A stretch of DNA of 62,123 nt, counting the filler. It is 9 parts of 9 records of this genome, joined end to end, with 100 filler letters (N's around TTAATTAATTAA, not from the genome) between each part and the next. Parts side by side here need not be neighbours in the genome. Positions count along the whole stretch, not along the records: positions 16,079 to 22,333 come from SRR31147125_98137; positions 22,434 to 27,927 come from SRR31147125_98250; positions 28,028 to 33,433 come from SRR31147125_98513; 6 more parts are not named here. One strand, written 5' to 3'. A program made the position numbers and the translations under genes. This document shows positions 21,772-32,251 of the stretch, piece after piece. The notes under the pieces were generated by a model. The model saw only the letters and a list, made by a program, of their open reading frames with translations. It was not told the origin of the DNA and searched no databases. Numbering within the stretch: position 1 is the stretch's first letter; each line of letters opens with the position of its first letter.

Positions 21772-22333
21772 ATGTTTATAAATTATTTAAAAATAGCCAT
21801 TCGTAATTTAATCAAACGTAGAGTTCATTCGTTCATCAATATCGCAGGTCTTGCCATCGGTATGGCATGTAGTATTCTCCTCTTTTTATGGATTCAGAAC
21901 GAACTTAGTTTTGATAAATTCCATAAACATGGCAACGAGATTTATTGGGTTCCTACCTGGCAACAATATGGTAGTGAGAAAATTTTAGCAGACGGTGCAC
22001 CGCCTGCACTTGGACCGGCTTTAAAGAAAGACTATCCGGAAATTTTGAATTCTGCCAGACTCCGACGAGGTAGGTGTGAACTACTTGTGCAACATGGCAA
22101 TAAACATTTCATGGAAAGGATTCAGATGGCGGATTTGTCGCTTTTGGATATATTTACATTTCCATTTTTAAAAGGGAGTCAAAAGTATGCTTTTTCAGAT
22201 CCACACGTGGTTGTGATGACTGAAAAAATGGCAGCCAAATATTTCGGTGATGAGGAACCTATCGGCAAAATCCTAACAATTGATAATCAGTACGATTTCA
22301 GGATCATTGGTATCTTACAAAACATACCCCAAA
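21772..22333 (+). CDS. ABC transporter permease, third paralogue, 3' truncated
   Basis: MFINYLKIAIRN...INIAGLAIGMAC...ELSFDKFH. Confidence 0.9.
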
Positions 22334-22433
22334 NNNNNNNNNNNNNNNNNNNNNNNNNNNNNNNNNNNNNNNNNNNNTTAATTAATTAANNNNNNNNNNN
22401 NNNNNNNNNNNNNNNNNNNNNNNNNNNNNNNNN
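22334..22433. other. Artificial contig linker
   Basis: N44-TTAATTAATTAA-N44. Confidence 0.98.
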
Positions 22434-23108
22434 AAAGGCGGCTTCGGCCCGGGCATGGTGCCCGACCTTATACAGCCCCCACCCCAGCAAATCCTGGGCC
22501 AGATAGGAATCCGAACTCATTCCCACGGCCGCTTCAAAAGCGTCCAGCGATAGGGGCAGATCCGTCACATAGCTCCCATAGAGGGAGCCAAGTGCAGATC
22601 CAAGAGCCCCCATCCCCCCGGGGGTGATGGTTTCCGGCCAGAAGGCCGGGGCAGAAACGTTTCCTTCAATCCCCCGGGCGTCAAGCCATTGGAAAAAAGT
22701 ACGGCGGAACCCCTGGAACCCATCCTTGAATTCAAATTCAAAGGATTCCCGGGACGCGGTATTTTCCAGGGTATCATGGAGGACAAGATCCAGGCGGGCC
22801 CTCCCGGGGCTGTACTGCCCCTCTATCCAATACCTCACCTTCTCCCGTTCCCCAAGCCCATGAATATCACCATGGGCTTGGGTTCCCCTGCAATACCCAG
22901 CCAGGTTCCGGCTTTCGGGAAAGATCTTTTTGACCCGCCACCCGAACCAGCATTCAGCAAGTGCCGGATGCAGACAGACCAGGTTCCCCAGAAAAAAATG
23001 GATCCCCAGCCCCATGCCCGGTCCGTCTTGGGGCCCGGACCCTTGGACCGGCATCACAATCAGCTTGTCCCGGCGCCCTTGCTTCCTTACGCCCGATTCT
23101 ACTCCCAT
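22434..23108 (-). CDS. Hypothetical protein with a TPR-like region, 3' truncated
   Basis: Long ORF; ends in a TPR-like helix pair (SYLAQDLLGWGLYKVGHHARAEAAF); start codon uncertain. Confidence 0.6.
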
Positions 23109-23150
23109 GGATGCATCCCCCAACCCAGAATATTAGGATGATGTGCGCGA

Positions 23151-23633
23151 TCAATCACGCAGTTTCAAGGCCACTTCCCCCACGCGCCGGCCCAAAAGCC
23201 GTCCGTTTTCAAGGGTCTTATCATCGGGCGCTCCCACGCATGCAGTGCCGTAATGCCCCGTAGCCGCCATGGGATCCCCGACCACCACCATACCGTAGAT
23301 CATCAGGGCCTGGAGAATGCCCATCATGGTGGTCTCTTTTCCCCCTGTGGCATCCCCGGAGGTGGTAAAGGCGGCACCGACCTTACCCTCCATCTTGCGG
23401 CGGGTTGAGACAAAGTCGTCAAAAACCTTTTTAAGTTCTGCGGCCATGGACCCGAAATAGACCGGGGATCCGGCGATGATCCCCTGGGCGTCCAAGAAAT
23501 CCTGCTTTGTGACCGTCTCGCAGGTTTTGAGCACTGCCTGGACTCCCTCCAGACCCTCCACGCCCTGGGCCACGGCCTCGGCCAGTTTCCGGGTATTTCC
23601 GCCCTTTGAAAAATAGAGTATTAATATCTTCAT
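23151..23633 (-). CDS. WrbA-like flavodoxin / NAD(P)H-dependent oxidoreductase
   Basis: YFSKGGNTRKLA FMN loop, GSPVYFG, GKVGAAFTTSG, GGKETT. Confidence 0.9.
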   Translation of the reverse strand: MKILILYFSKGGNTRKLAEAVAQGVEGLEGVQAVLKTCETVTKQDFLDAQGIIAGSPVYFGSMAAELKKVFDDFVSTRRKMEGKVGAAFTTSGDATGGKETTMMGILQALMIYGMVVVGDPMAATGHYGTACVGAPDDKTLENGRLLGRRVGEVALKLRD

Positions 23634-23660
23634 GATTTAATCCTTATTATATATTTACGA

Positions 23661-23876
23661 TTAACTTTTTGCATCCGGACAGGGATGAAGCCTTGACCTG
23701 GACACCATGGTCTCCCCCCAGCGGATCAAAACGGATCCCAGGGCCATCCCCAGCCTGGCCCGGACACCGGGCCTGGAAAAGGACGCGGACCTGCGGAGTC
23801 TGGCCCGGACCGCCCGGCCTTCAAATTCTGCCTGCTTTTCCTTTATCATTAGTTCCAAAAAATAGGTATCATTCAT
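23661..23876 (-). CDS. Small basic hypothetical protein (71 aa)
   Basis: AAGGAGGTG RBS before the ATG at 23876; amphipathic RARLGMALGSVLIRWG helix; lies between the MocR and WrbA genes. Confidence 0.7.
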   Translation of the reverse strand: MNDTYFLELMIKEKQAEFEGRAVRARLRRSASFSRPGVRARLGMALGSVLIRWGETMVSRSRLHPCPDAKS

Positions 23877-23918
23877 TGTACACCTCCTTTTTAGCACTGA
23901 AATTATTTGAATCTCCCG

Positions 23919-25442
23919 TTAAAAATGCCCCAGCCCGCTGAGGCCCGCATCCCCGGGCGGCCGGATCAGAAGGTCCTTGACGGCATCGGCCAGGATTTCC
24001 ATCCCCCGCTGAATCTCCCGGACAGGGGTCCAGGCCCATCCGATGCGGAAGGCATTCACAAATCCCTGGTCCATGTCAAAGGCCGGCCCGGGCACAATGC
24101 TTACCCCCTTGTCCAGAAGGGAGATCAACAGCGCCACGCTGGAATACCCCCTGGGCAGGGAAACCCAAAGGTAGAGCCCGCCCCGGGGCCGGGTCCAGGT
24201 CACCCCGGCAGGCATGAACTGCTCCAGGCAGGAGATCATGGCATCCCGCCGCTCTTTGTAAATGGACCTGACCTTGACCAGGTGATCATCATAGGCACCT
24301 GAGGTAAAAAAGGCCTTTGCCACCCCCTGCATCAATGGCGGGCCGGTCTGGGCCATGAGCCGTTTAATCCTGGTATATTCGGCCATCCGCCGGGCGGAGC
24401 CGATGATCCACCCCAGCCGCAGCCCGGGCACCAGGGACTTGGATAAAGAAGAGACCACCAGGGTCTGTTCATCCCCAAGGAGATTAAACATGGATTCAGG
24501 TGGGTCCCCTTCCACCCGAAGGTCCTGGAAAATCTCGTCGCTGAGGACGATGCTCCGGCTCGCCCGGGCCCAGTCCGCCACCTTTTTCTGATGGGCCGGC
24601 TCCATATCTTTCCCGGTGGGATTCCCGAATTCCGGACAAATGCACAATAAGCTGCCTTTTCCCTGGGCGGTCTGTTTAAGCTGATCAGACGGATCCTGAG
24701 CAGAGGCAAAGGTCAGGGTCTCCACCCAGTTGCCGTGGCCGGCAAAGGCATCCACCGTCCCCTGAAACCCCGGGGTTTCAATGACCACCCGGCGGTGTTT
24801 CTCCGCTGCGTCCAGGGCGGCGATACTCATGCCCTGCTGGGAACCGATGGTGATGAGCACCTGGTCGGCCGAAATATGCACCCCCTTGTCTGCGTACCTC
24901 TGGGCGATGATCTCCCTGAGGGAAGGCATCCCCATCAGATCCCCATAGGGCAGGTAAATATTTTCATCCGCTTTCATGGCCAGGGAAACCATTTCCTTAA
25001 ACAGGCCCGGATCCATGAGGGAGGGGTCGGGAAATCCCTTGGAAAAATCAATGGTCCCGGGCTGGGAGGCCGCAGCCATCAGATCGCAAAGCCCCTTGGA
25101 TATCCGCTGCCTCAGCTGCCGGGCCGCCATGGCCGACACCCCGTTGTCCCTTACCGGACCCGGCCGGTGACCCGGCCCATCCCCGGTCATGCCGGGCGGT
25201 TTGGCTTCGGCCACAAAGGTCCCCCGTCCCACATGGCACCGGGTCAGGCCCCGGCCCTTAAGGTCCTCCAATGCCCTGCGCACCGTGGCATGGGTCACCC
25301 CGATATCTTTGGCAAAGGCCGCCACTGTGGGCAGCTTATCCCCCGGAGAAATCTCCCCCTGGTCAATGGCCTGGCAGATACGGTCACGGATCTGCACATA
25401 AAGGGGCCGGCCTGATTTTTTATCAATACGGATCTCAATCAT
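23919..25442 (-). CDS. MocR-family regulator (GntR HTH plus PLP aminotransferase-like domain)
   Basis: PLYVQI...GDKLPT...GRGTFV HTH; SLSKSLVPGLRLGW PLP-lysine motif. Confidence 0.93.
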   Translation of the reverse strand: MIEIRIDKKSGRPLYVQIRDRICQAIDQGEISPGDKLPTVAAFAKDIGVTHATVRRALEDLKGRGLTRCHVGRGTFVAEAKPPGMTGDGPGHRPGPVRDNGVSAMAARQLRQRISKGLCDLMAAASQPGTIDFSKGFPDPSLMDPGLFKEMVSLAMKADENIYLPYGDLMGMPSLREIIAQRYADKGVHISADQVLITIGSQQGMSIAALDAAEKHRRVVIETPGFQGTVDAFAGHGNWVETLTFASAQDPSDQLKQTAQGKGSLLCICPEFGNPTGKDMEPAHQKKVADWARASRSIVLSDEIFQDLRVEGDPPESMFNLLGDEQTLVVSSLSKSLVPGLRLGWIIGSARRMAEYTRIKRLMAQTGPPLMQGVAKAFFTSGAYDDHLVKVRSIYKERRDAMISCLEQFMPAGVTWTRPRGGLYLWVSLPRGYSSVALLISLLDKGVSIVPGPAFDMDQGFVNAFRIGWAWTPVREIQRGMEILADAVKDLLIRPPGDAGLSGLGHF

Positions 25443-25460
25443 ATCTTGCTCCTTAAATTA

Positions 25461-25480
25461 ATACAGTATTAATACTGTAT
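25461..25480. promoter_or_regulatory. Perfect 20-bp palindrome, probable GntR-type operator
   Basis: ATACAGTATTAATACTGTAT, immediately upstream of the MocR RBS in the divergent promoter region. Confidence 0.7.
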
Positions 25481-25583
25481 CAATATCAGATCCGTCAAGC
25501 CAAATTTTTTCCCTTGAGCCAAGCATCCTTTATCCCTATTATACGGAAATAAAGAATCTGCAACTCTTAGAAAGGGGAAGATC

Positions 25584-26978
25584 ATGACCCCCACCCCCGT
25601 AAAGCTTGAGGAAATCGGCGGGATCATCCGGCGCCGCCTGGGTGCCAGGGACCATATCAACTGCTATATCGGCTCCAATGCCGCCACACCCACCGCTTCA
25701 ATCGAGGCACTCTCCCATGCCATTGAGGAAGGTGCCCTGCCCTTTATGAATATGTTCCACATCCTTCTCCACGGGCCTGTGCCCTATGTCCGGGAGGGAT
25801 TCCAGGACCGGGTAAGGGCCTATTCCATCTTTTCAGGCGGGGAGGTGCGCCAGGCCGCGGACCAGGGCCGGGCCTACTATTTGCCCTGTACCCTGGCCAA
25901 TATGGACCGGCTCATGGGAAAAGGCTGCGGCTATGAAATCGACCTGGTCATCATGAAGGTAAGGCAGAATCCGGCCACAGGGGAATACAGCCTGGGGCTT
26001 TCCGTGGACGCCATCCACGCGGCCCTTGAAACCGCATCCCTGGTCATTGCCGAGCATGATCCCTCCATGCCCTTTACCCAGGGCCAGAGCGTTATCGCAT
26101 CCCGGGATATCGATTATATTGTCCAGGAGGGGGTAAAACCGGTCTACGCCTTTGACCCGCCGGATTTTGACCGCCTGCCCAATGGAGAAAAAAGAATCGG
26201 GGAGCTGATCACGGAACACTTCCTTAAAGACGGCACCACCCTCCAGGTGGGGATCGGAAAGATCCCGGATGCGGTGGTGGGCGTAATTGCCGCCTCAGGC
26301 TGCAAAGACCTGGGCGTCCAGACCGAGCTCTACGGAGACGGCCTCATGCTTCTCCAGGAAAAGGGGATCATCACCAATAAAAAAAGGGATCAATGCCGGA
26401 TACTCCACCACCAGTCTGATCATGGGATCCAGGGCGCTTTATGATTACGTGGACATGCGCTCCCAGGTGCAGATGCGGCCCTGTACCTATACCAATGCCG
26501 CCCGGACCATCCAGGACTGCCGGCCCTTTTTATCCGTGAACACCGCCATAGGGGTGGATCTTTCAGGAAATGTCTGGGCCGATTTTATCGACCCCTCCCG
26601 GTACTACGGGGGCGTGGGGGGGCAGCCCGACTTTGTCAGGGCCCTGACCCACAAGCGGTACGGCACCCCGGTCATTGCCATGAAAAGCCTGACCGCCAAA
26701 GGAGACTCAAAGATCGTTCCGGCCTGCCCTTCTGGCATCACATTGACGGCCTCGGCCTATGACGGGGTGGTCCTTGTTACGGAATACGGGATCGCCGATC
26801 TCCGTGACCTGCCCTGGGGATTCAAGGGACTGGCCATCGCCGCCATTTCCCATCCGGACCACAGGGATAGATTAATGAAAACCATCTATGACGACCCCAG
26901 AATGACCAAGCCCAAGGGGTTTCCCTGGACAAGGTCCCTCCGGGGGTGACCATGTACGCGGGAAACACCCCCATTTAA
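25584..26978 (+). CDS. Acetyl-CoA hydrolase/transferase family protein (two homopolymer frameshifts, near 26385 and 26922)
   Basis: TLQVGIGKIPDAV, DLGVQTE, GGVGGQPDF, VTEYGIADL, ISHPDHR; the corrected C-terminus ends AGNTPI* at 26978. Confidence 0.88.
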
Positions 26979-27047
26979 AACCGGTACCAGGATCGGCACC
27001 GGACGGTCTACTGGATACGGAAGCAAATATTATAAAGGAAAAAAGGA

Positions 27048-27806
27048 TTACCGGAGGTCAAGAAGGTCCTCTGCCAGCACCAGGGGGCCCTGGTAAGTTT
27101 TTCTGCACTGGGCCGCCATATCCACCCCCTCGCATTCGGGATAAAAATGGGTCAGCACCAGCTTTTTCACACCGGCTTTGGCGGCGATCTCCCCTGCCAG
27201 AGAAGGGGTCAGGTGGCCGTCCACCTTTTGACCGTCAGGCAGGGCCGCCTCGCAGATCATCAGGTCAGCCCCCCGGGCCAGGTCAATGAGGTCCGGGGAA
27301 TAATCCGTATCCCCGGAGCAGACCAGGGAGAATCCGCCCGGGCCGGTGATCCTGAACGCCCGGCTCTCCTGGGCGTGAACCACAGGACCCCAGGCCAGGT
27401 CAAAGCCGTGAAGACGGATGGGCCCCAGGGCCGGCAGATCCAGCTCTTTTAAGGAAAGAAGGCCGTCCGGAAAGGCCAGGGTATTTCCAAAGGCCCGGTC
27501 AAGGTCCCGGTAAAAACCGTCAAGGCCGGTTCCCCCGGCCACGGTAAGGGGTTTTATTCTGTCAAAGCTGGGGTATTTGGTGGCAAAAAGCAGGGCAGCA
27601 AGTTCGGCAGAATGGTCCAGGTGGAAATGGGTCAAAAGAAGAAGATCGATCTCCTCAATCCGTGTTCCGGCCTTGAGCAACTGGCGCATGGTGCCGGGCC
27701 CTGCATCCACCAGGATGGTCCTCCCCCCGTCCTGAATCAGAACCGCGCTGGGATTTCTGTCAAGGGACGGCACACAGGTGCCGGAACCAAGGATTTTTAT
27801 CTTCAT
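27048..27806 (-). CDS. MBL-fold metallo-hydrolase (RNase Z/BN-like)
   Basis: LGSGT, VDAGPG, THFHLDH, SGDT, GHLTP, LTHFY. Confidence 0.9.
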   Translation of the reverse strand: MKIKILGSGTCVPSLDRNPSAVLIQDGGRTILVDAGPGTMRQLLKAGTRIEEIDLLLLTHFHLDHSAELAALLFATKYPSFDRIKPLTVAGGTGLDGFYRDLDRAFGNTLAFPDGLLSLKELDLPALGPIRLHGFDLAWGPVVHAQESRAFRITGPGGFSLVCSGDTDYSPDLIDLARGADLMICEAALPDGQKVDGHLTPSLAGEIAAKAGVKKLVLTHFYPECEGVDMAAQCRKTYQGPLVLAEDLLDLR

Positions 27807-27927
27807 ATGGCAATGCTCCTATTATCGTCGAATATTGTCTCACAATTGCCCTAGAGCCCGGGCCCCGTGGACAGAAACAAGGTACCACCTCTGCCATATG
27901 ATGACAATGGCAGACCGGTATAAAAAA

Positions 27928-28027
27928 NNNNNNNNNNNNNNNNNNNNNNNNNNNNNNNNNNNNNNNNNNNNTTAATTAATTAANNNNNNNNNNNNNNNNN
28001 NNNNNNNNNNNNNNNNNNNNNNNNNNN
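27928..28027. other. Artificial contig linker
   Basis: N44-TTAATTAATTAA-N44. Confidence 0.98.
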
Positions 28028-28502
28028 TTACGGCATGACCGGCGGCCAGTTTTCTCCTCTATCGGGAGAAGGCACCACCGCAACCACCGCCCCCTTCACC
28101 AGTATCGATCCCGCCTTCGATACCATGGAGCTCGCCAGGGCCGCCGGCGCCACTTTCGCGGCCCGAACCACCACCTACCATGCCCGGGAACTCCAGAAAA
28201 TGCTGGTCGCTGCTATCAGTCACAGGGGGTTTTCGGTTGTTGAGGTATTCAGTCAGTGTCCCACCTACTACGGCCGAAAGAACAAGACCGGCGATGCGCC
28301 GGCGATGCTTGAGGGATTCCGGGACGGAACGGCGAAAGTCGGGAGCAGGCGGCAGGAGGAAAATCCGGAGTTGATTCCCCGGGGCATATTCGTAGACCGG
28401 GAGGCCGCTGAATACGGAAGCGCCTACCAGGAGATGTGCACCAGGGCCGCCGGGGAGATGTTCCCGGAACGGAAGTACGGCAAGGAGGCTCCGAGATGCT
28501 GA
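28028..28502 (+). CDS. korB: 2-oxoacid:ferredoxin oxidoreductase beta subunit, 5' truncated
   Basis: YGMTGGQFSP; GFSVVEVFSQCPTYYGR. Confidence 0.85.
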
Positions 28503-29032
28503 AGCTTGTGTTCACGGGAGTCGGCGGCCAGGGAATCATCACCGCCGGCATCATTCTCGCCGAAGCCGCGGTTATCGAGGAAGGACGGCATGCCACCCAG
28601 TCCCAGTCCTATGGCGCGGAAGCCCGGGGTGGGCTGACCAGGACAGACGTGATCCTATCGGACGAAGAAGTGCTGTATCCGAAAATCGAGCAGGCCAACA
28701 TCCTGGCCGCCCTGCATGCCAACGGATACGCGGCACACGGCCAGTCCCTGCGTCCCGGCGGTCTCCTGATCTACGATGAAGGCATCGACGTCGGCGATAA
28801 AACGGACGCCCGGCGTATTCCGCTGCCGATTCTCCGGAACGGCCGGGGTTCGAACATCACCATGCTGGGCGTTGTCTGCGGACTCACCGGCGCGGTGAAT
28901 CCGGAATCGCTGCGGACGGTCCTGAAGCGCCGCTATGGTGAGAAATCAGACAACTGTCAGGCCTTTGACATCGGCCTGGACATGGCCGGACAGCCGGAAC
29001 TGTCATTATTCAGGACCGAGGCAGTCAGATGA
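28496..29032 (+). CDS. korC: 2-oxoacid:acceptor oxidoreductase gamma subunit
   Basis: TGVGGQGII, QSYGAEARGG; AGGAGG RBS before the ATG at 28496. Confidence 0.88.
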   Translation: MLKLVFTGVGGQGIITAGIILAEAAVIEEGRHATQSQSYGAEARGGLTRTDVILSDEEVLYPKIEQANILAALHANGYAAHGQSLRPGGLLIYDEGIDVGDKTDARRIPLPILRNGRGSNITMLGVVCGLTGAVNPESLRTVLKRRYGEKSDNCQAFDIGLDMAGQPELSLFRTEAVR

Positions 29033-30216
29033 GAGACATTATCACCTCGCCGCTGGCGCTGGTTTCGATCACAGTCACCCTGGGACTCCTGTTCGGCCGG
29101 ATCAGGATAGGGCAGTTCTCACTGGGCAGTTCCGGCGCGCTGTTCGTCGGCCTGGCGGCCGGCTGGCTGGTTGTACGTTCGGCCGATATCGGCGAGCAGC
29201 CGGAATTGCTGGCCGGCGGAGTGATCGGCACCGATATGTTCTACCTGGCCCTGGCACTTTTCGTGGGTGCGGTGGCGCTCTCTTCATCGAAGTTCCTGGA
29301 CCGTGTGGTAAAGGTCTACGGCCTCAAGCTGCTGGCCATGGGCGCCCTGGTGCCGCTGGTGGGTGCTCTGTCGGCCTGGATCTTCTCACGACTGATTCCC
29401 GGTGTCGTCGCCGGTTCGGTTCCCGGGGTGTTCACCGGGGCGCTGACGAGTTCCCCCGGACTGGCGGCGGCTCTGGAATACGTGGCCGGCCGGGGCACCG
29501 ACGCGGAAAGCGCCGTCGGTTTCGGCTATGCTGTCGGCTACATCCCCGGCGTGCTGGTGGTGGTACTCGGGGTTCAGCTGATACCGATGGTGTTCAAGCT
29601 CGATGCCGGAGAGGAGAACCAGGCGTTCTGCGAAGATCTGGATATCGACCCCGAGGAACAGCAGAAAATCGAAAACGGCCAGTTCCGGCCTCTGGAGTTC
29701 TTTCTCATCATCGCCCTGGGCTACCTGCTCGGAGCGGTGAAGATACCCCTGGGTCCCCTCGGATCCGTCGGACTGGGCTCCACCGGCGGGATACTCTTCG
29801 TGGGACTGGCTCTCGGATTCGCCGGCAGAGTATGGCATCTTGAGTTCCGCATGCCCCAGAGCTCCCTGGCGGCTGTCCGCGAACTGGGGATCGCCCTGTT
29901 TCTCGCGGTGGTGGGACTGAGGTACGGTTACAAGGCGGTGGCTTCAATGGCCACCGGCGGCCTGCCCCTACTGGCGCTGTCGCTCATCGTCTCCCTTCTT
30001 TCCATCTCTCTTGGCTATGTATTCGGGCGTTACGTGCTGAAACTGAACTGGATTCTCCTGGCCGGTGCCCTGTGCGGTGCCATGACCAGCACTCCCGGCC
30101 TTGGTGCGGCGGTGGAAGCCACCGGCTGCGACGATGTCGCCACCGGCTACGGAGCAGTATACCCGGTGGCTCTGCTGTCGATGGTGGTGTTCACTATCGC
30201 GCTGTCCCTGTTCTGA
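29029..30216 (+). CDS. YidE/YbjL/AspT-family permease (duplicated domain, no TrkA-C)
   Basis: GALTSSPGLAAA and GAMTSTPGLGAA duplicated motifs; GYGAVYP. Confidence 0.88.
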   Translation: MRDIITSPLALVSITVTLGLLFGRIRIGQFSLGSSGALFVGLAAGWLVVRSADIGEQPELLAGGVIGTDMFYLALALFVGAVALSSSKFLDRVVKVYGLKLLAMGALVPLVGALSAWIFSRLIPGVVAGSVPGVFTGALTSSPGLAAALEYVAGRGTDAESAVGFGYAVGYIPGVLVVVLGVQLIPMVFKLDAGEENQAFCEDLDIDPEEQQKIENGQFRPLEFFLIIALGYLLGAVKIPLGPLGSVGLGSTGGILFVGLALGFAGRVWHLEFRMPQSSLAAVRELGIALFLAVVGLRYGYKAVASMATGGLPLLALSLIVSLLSISLGYVFGRYVLKLNWILLAGALCGAMTSTPGLGAAVEATGCDDVATGYGAVYPVALLSMVVFTIALSLF

Positions 30217-30236
30217 CAGATCGCCGTCGGGAAGGG

Positions 30237-32083
30237 CTATTCTCCTGTAGCGGCGGTCATTTCCTTCTTCATCCAGTCGGTCAGTTTCCGTTCATCCTCG
30301 GCTCCGATCCAGCGATAGTCGAATTCCTCCACGTCGACGAAACGCGCAACCGCGGCCAGGGCTTCCAGATGAGTGTGCCTGACATCGCCGGTTCCTATGC
30401 AGACGAAGACGCTGTGCACCTTCGGCGCATTCTCGGAAAAGAAGATGCCGCTTCGGCTCCGATAGGCCCTGATGGCGAAGCGATGGTTCTCGCCATCCAG
30501 GACCGCATGGGGAATGGCGGTGAAGGGAGTCAATGCCGTGGAGGCCTCCCGGTCCCGTTCGGCCAGGGCCTGTTCGAGTATGGAAGGTTCTGTATCCAGC
30601 GCTTCGGCCAGATCTCCGGCCGCCTGCCTCCACAGATCCTCCACGGTGATATCTTCCGGCAGGTCGGTGGCCGTCATGTCTTTCAGCACCCGGGTGTCGG
30701 CGAGGGAGGCAGCTTGTCCCTCCGGGAGACGATGTCCATCAGTTCCGAATCCAGGCCCTCATCCCGCCACTGTGAGTCCACCACTCTCTTGAGAAGGTGC
30801 ACCAGGGCGAAGTCGTGGTTCGAACGGTGACGGCCGTACAACCAGAAGAGGAGCAGACTGGTGGTGACGAAACCCAGGGCGACGCTGAAAGCCTGCCAGC
30901 CCATGTCGGCCAGGAGGAAGAGATAGATGATGACCGATGCCGCCTGGGGCCAGGGATACAATGGGGACCGGAAGAGGGGTTTGTAGTTGCTCAGCCGGCT
31001 TTCCCTGAGGATGATCACCGCGATGTTGGCCAGGATATAGGTGATCATGAACACCGCGGACGCCGATTTCACCAGGAGGTCCAGGTTCAGCTGCAGGCTG
31101 AGGGCCACCAGGACGCCGGTCATCAGAACCGCGGCCACCGGAGCGCCGTTGCGTCGGCTCACCCGGGCGAGGAACCCCGGCAGCAGACCGTCTCTGGACA
31201 GGGCCAGCGGATAGCGGGAGGCGGACATGATTCCCGCAAGAGCGGTGGTGACGAATGCCAGGGCCGCTGCCACGGAGATAACGATCCAGCCGGGCCGGCC
31301 GCTCACAGCGGCGGCGGCGTCAGCCACCGGTGTCAGCGCTCCCCGAAAATCCGAGGCGTCCAGGAGCCCGGTTGTGACGCCGACGATCCCCATGTACAGC
31401 AGAGTGACCACCGCGATGGCCAGCAGGGCACCGCGCCGGATGTCCTTCTGGGGGTGCTTCACCTCTTCGGCGATGGTGGCCACCTGTATGAGTCCGCCGA
31501 AGGAGACGAAGACGAAGGCGGCGGTGGAAAGCATGCCGTTGAAGCCGTTCTCGAAGAAGGGTCGGAAACGCCCGAAATCCACGGATGGAATGCCGATGAA
31601 GATGAATGCCGCCATGATGATCACCAGGACAGCCACGAGAATCACTTCCAGGCTGGCGGTGCCCTCCACCCCAACAAGATTCAGGATGGTGAAGAACGCC
31701 GTCAGCACCAGTTCCCAGATCCACATGTCGATGCCAGTGGCAATGGAGAGGATGCCCGCCAGGCCGAACACGGCGAAGGCCGTCTTCAGGCTCAAGGCGA
31801 ACCAGCTGAGGGTTCCCGTAACCGTGCCCATCAGCGGTCCGAAGGTCCGTCCGATGAAGTAGTAGTCACCTCCGGCCTTTGGCATGGCGGTAGCGAGTTC
31901 AATAATGCTCAGCACGCCGATCAGGGCCACGAATCCGGCGATGCCGTAGGACAGGAACAGCGACGGTCCTGTGTAGCCGAAGGCGATGCCCGGAAGGATG
32001 AAAATTCCAGAACTTACCATCGCTCCGGCGGCGATGGAGAATACATGGCGGAGTTTCAGCGTCCGCTGCAGTTCTTCGCTCAT
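30237..32083 (-). CDS. APC-family amino acid permease fused to a PTS EIIA-like domain (frameshift near 30705)
   Basis: GAMVSSGIF...ELATAMPKAGG APC motifs; adding one C at CCTCCCTC joins it to the ERDREASTALTPFTAIPHA EIIA-like frame. Confidence 0.8.
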
Positions 32084-32089
32084 CGGCCG

Positions 32090-32230
32090 TCAGTCCCTGA
32101 CCAGCTCGATAGAGAACTGTCTCATGGCGAAGTTGGGACCCTCGTCCGAGTCGATCAACTCCTGAATCCAGGCGTGTTCGCCGGCGGTTAGGGGTTGGCG
32201 TCCAATACTGCTTATCTTCTTCACGGTCAT
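32090..32230 (-). pseudogene. Truncated cupin-domain gene (46 aa)
   Basis: Not in the ORF track. MTVKKISSIGRQPLTAGEHAWIQELIDSDEGPNFAMRQFSIELVRD*; PNFAMR.F.IE resembles the start of a cupin_2 family, but the His metal motifs are absent. Confidence 0.55.
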
Positions 32231-32251
32231 ATGCGGCTCCATCGTGCATTC

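Noticed and set aside
30797..32191. 464-aa plus-strand ORF and similar long antisense ORFs in the GC-rich contigs
   Set aside because: Shadow frames of real genes caused by GC-rich codon bias; no recognisable motifs
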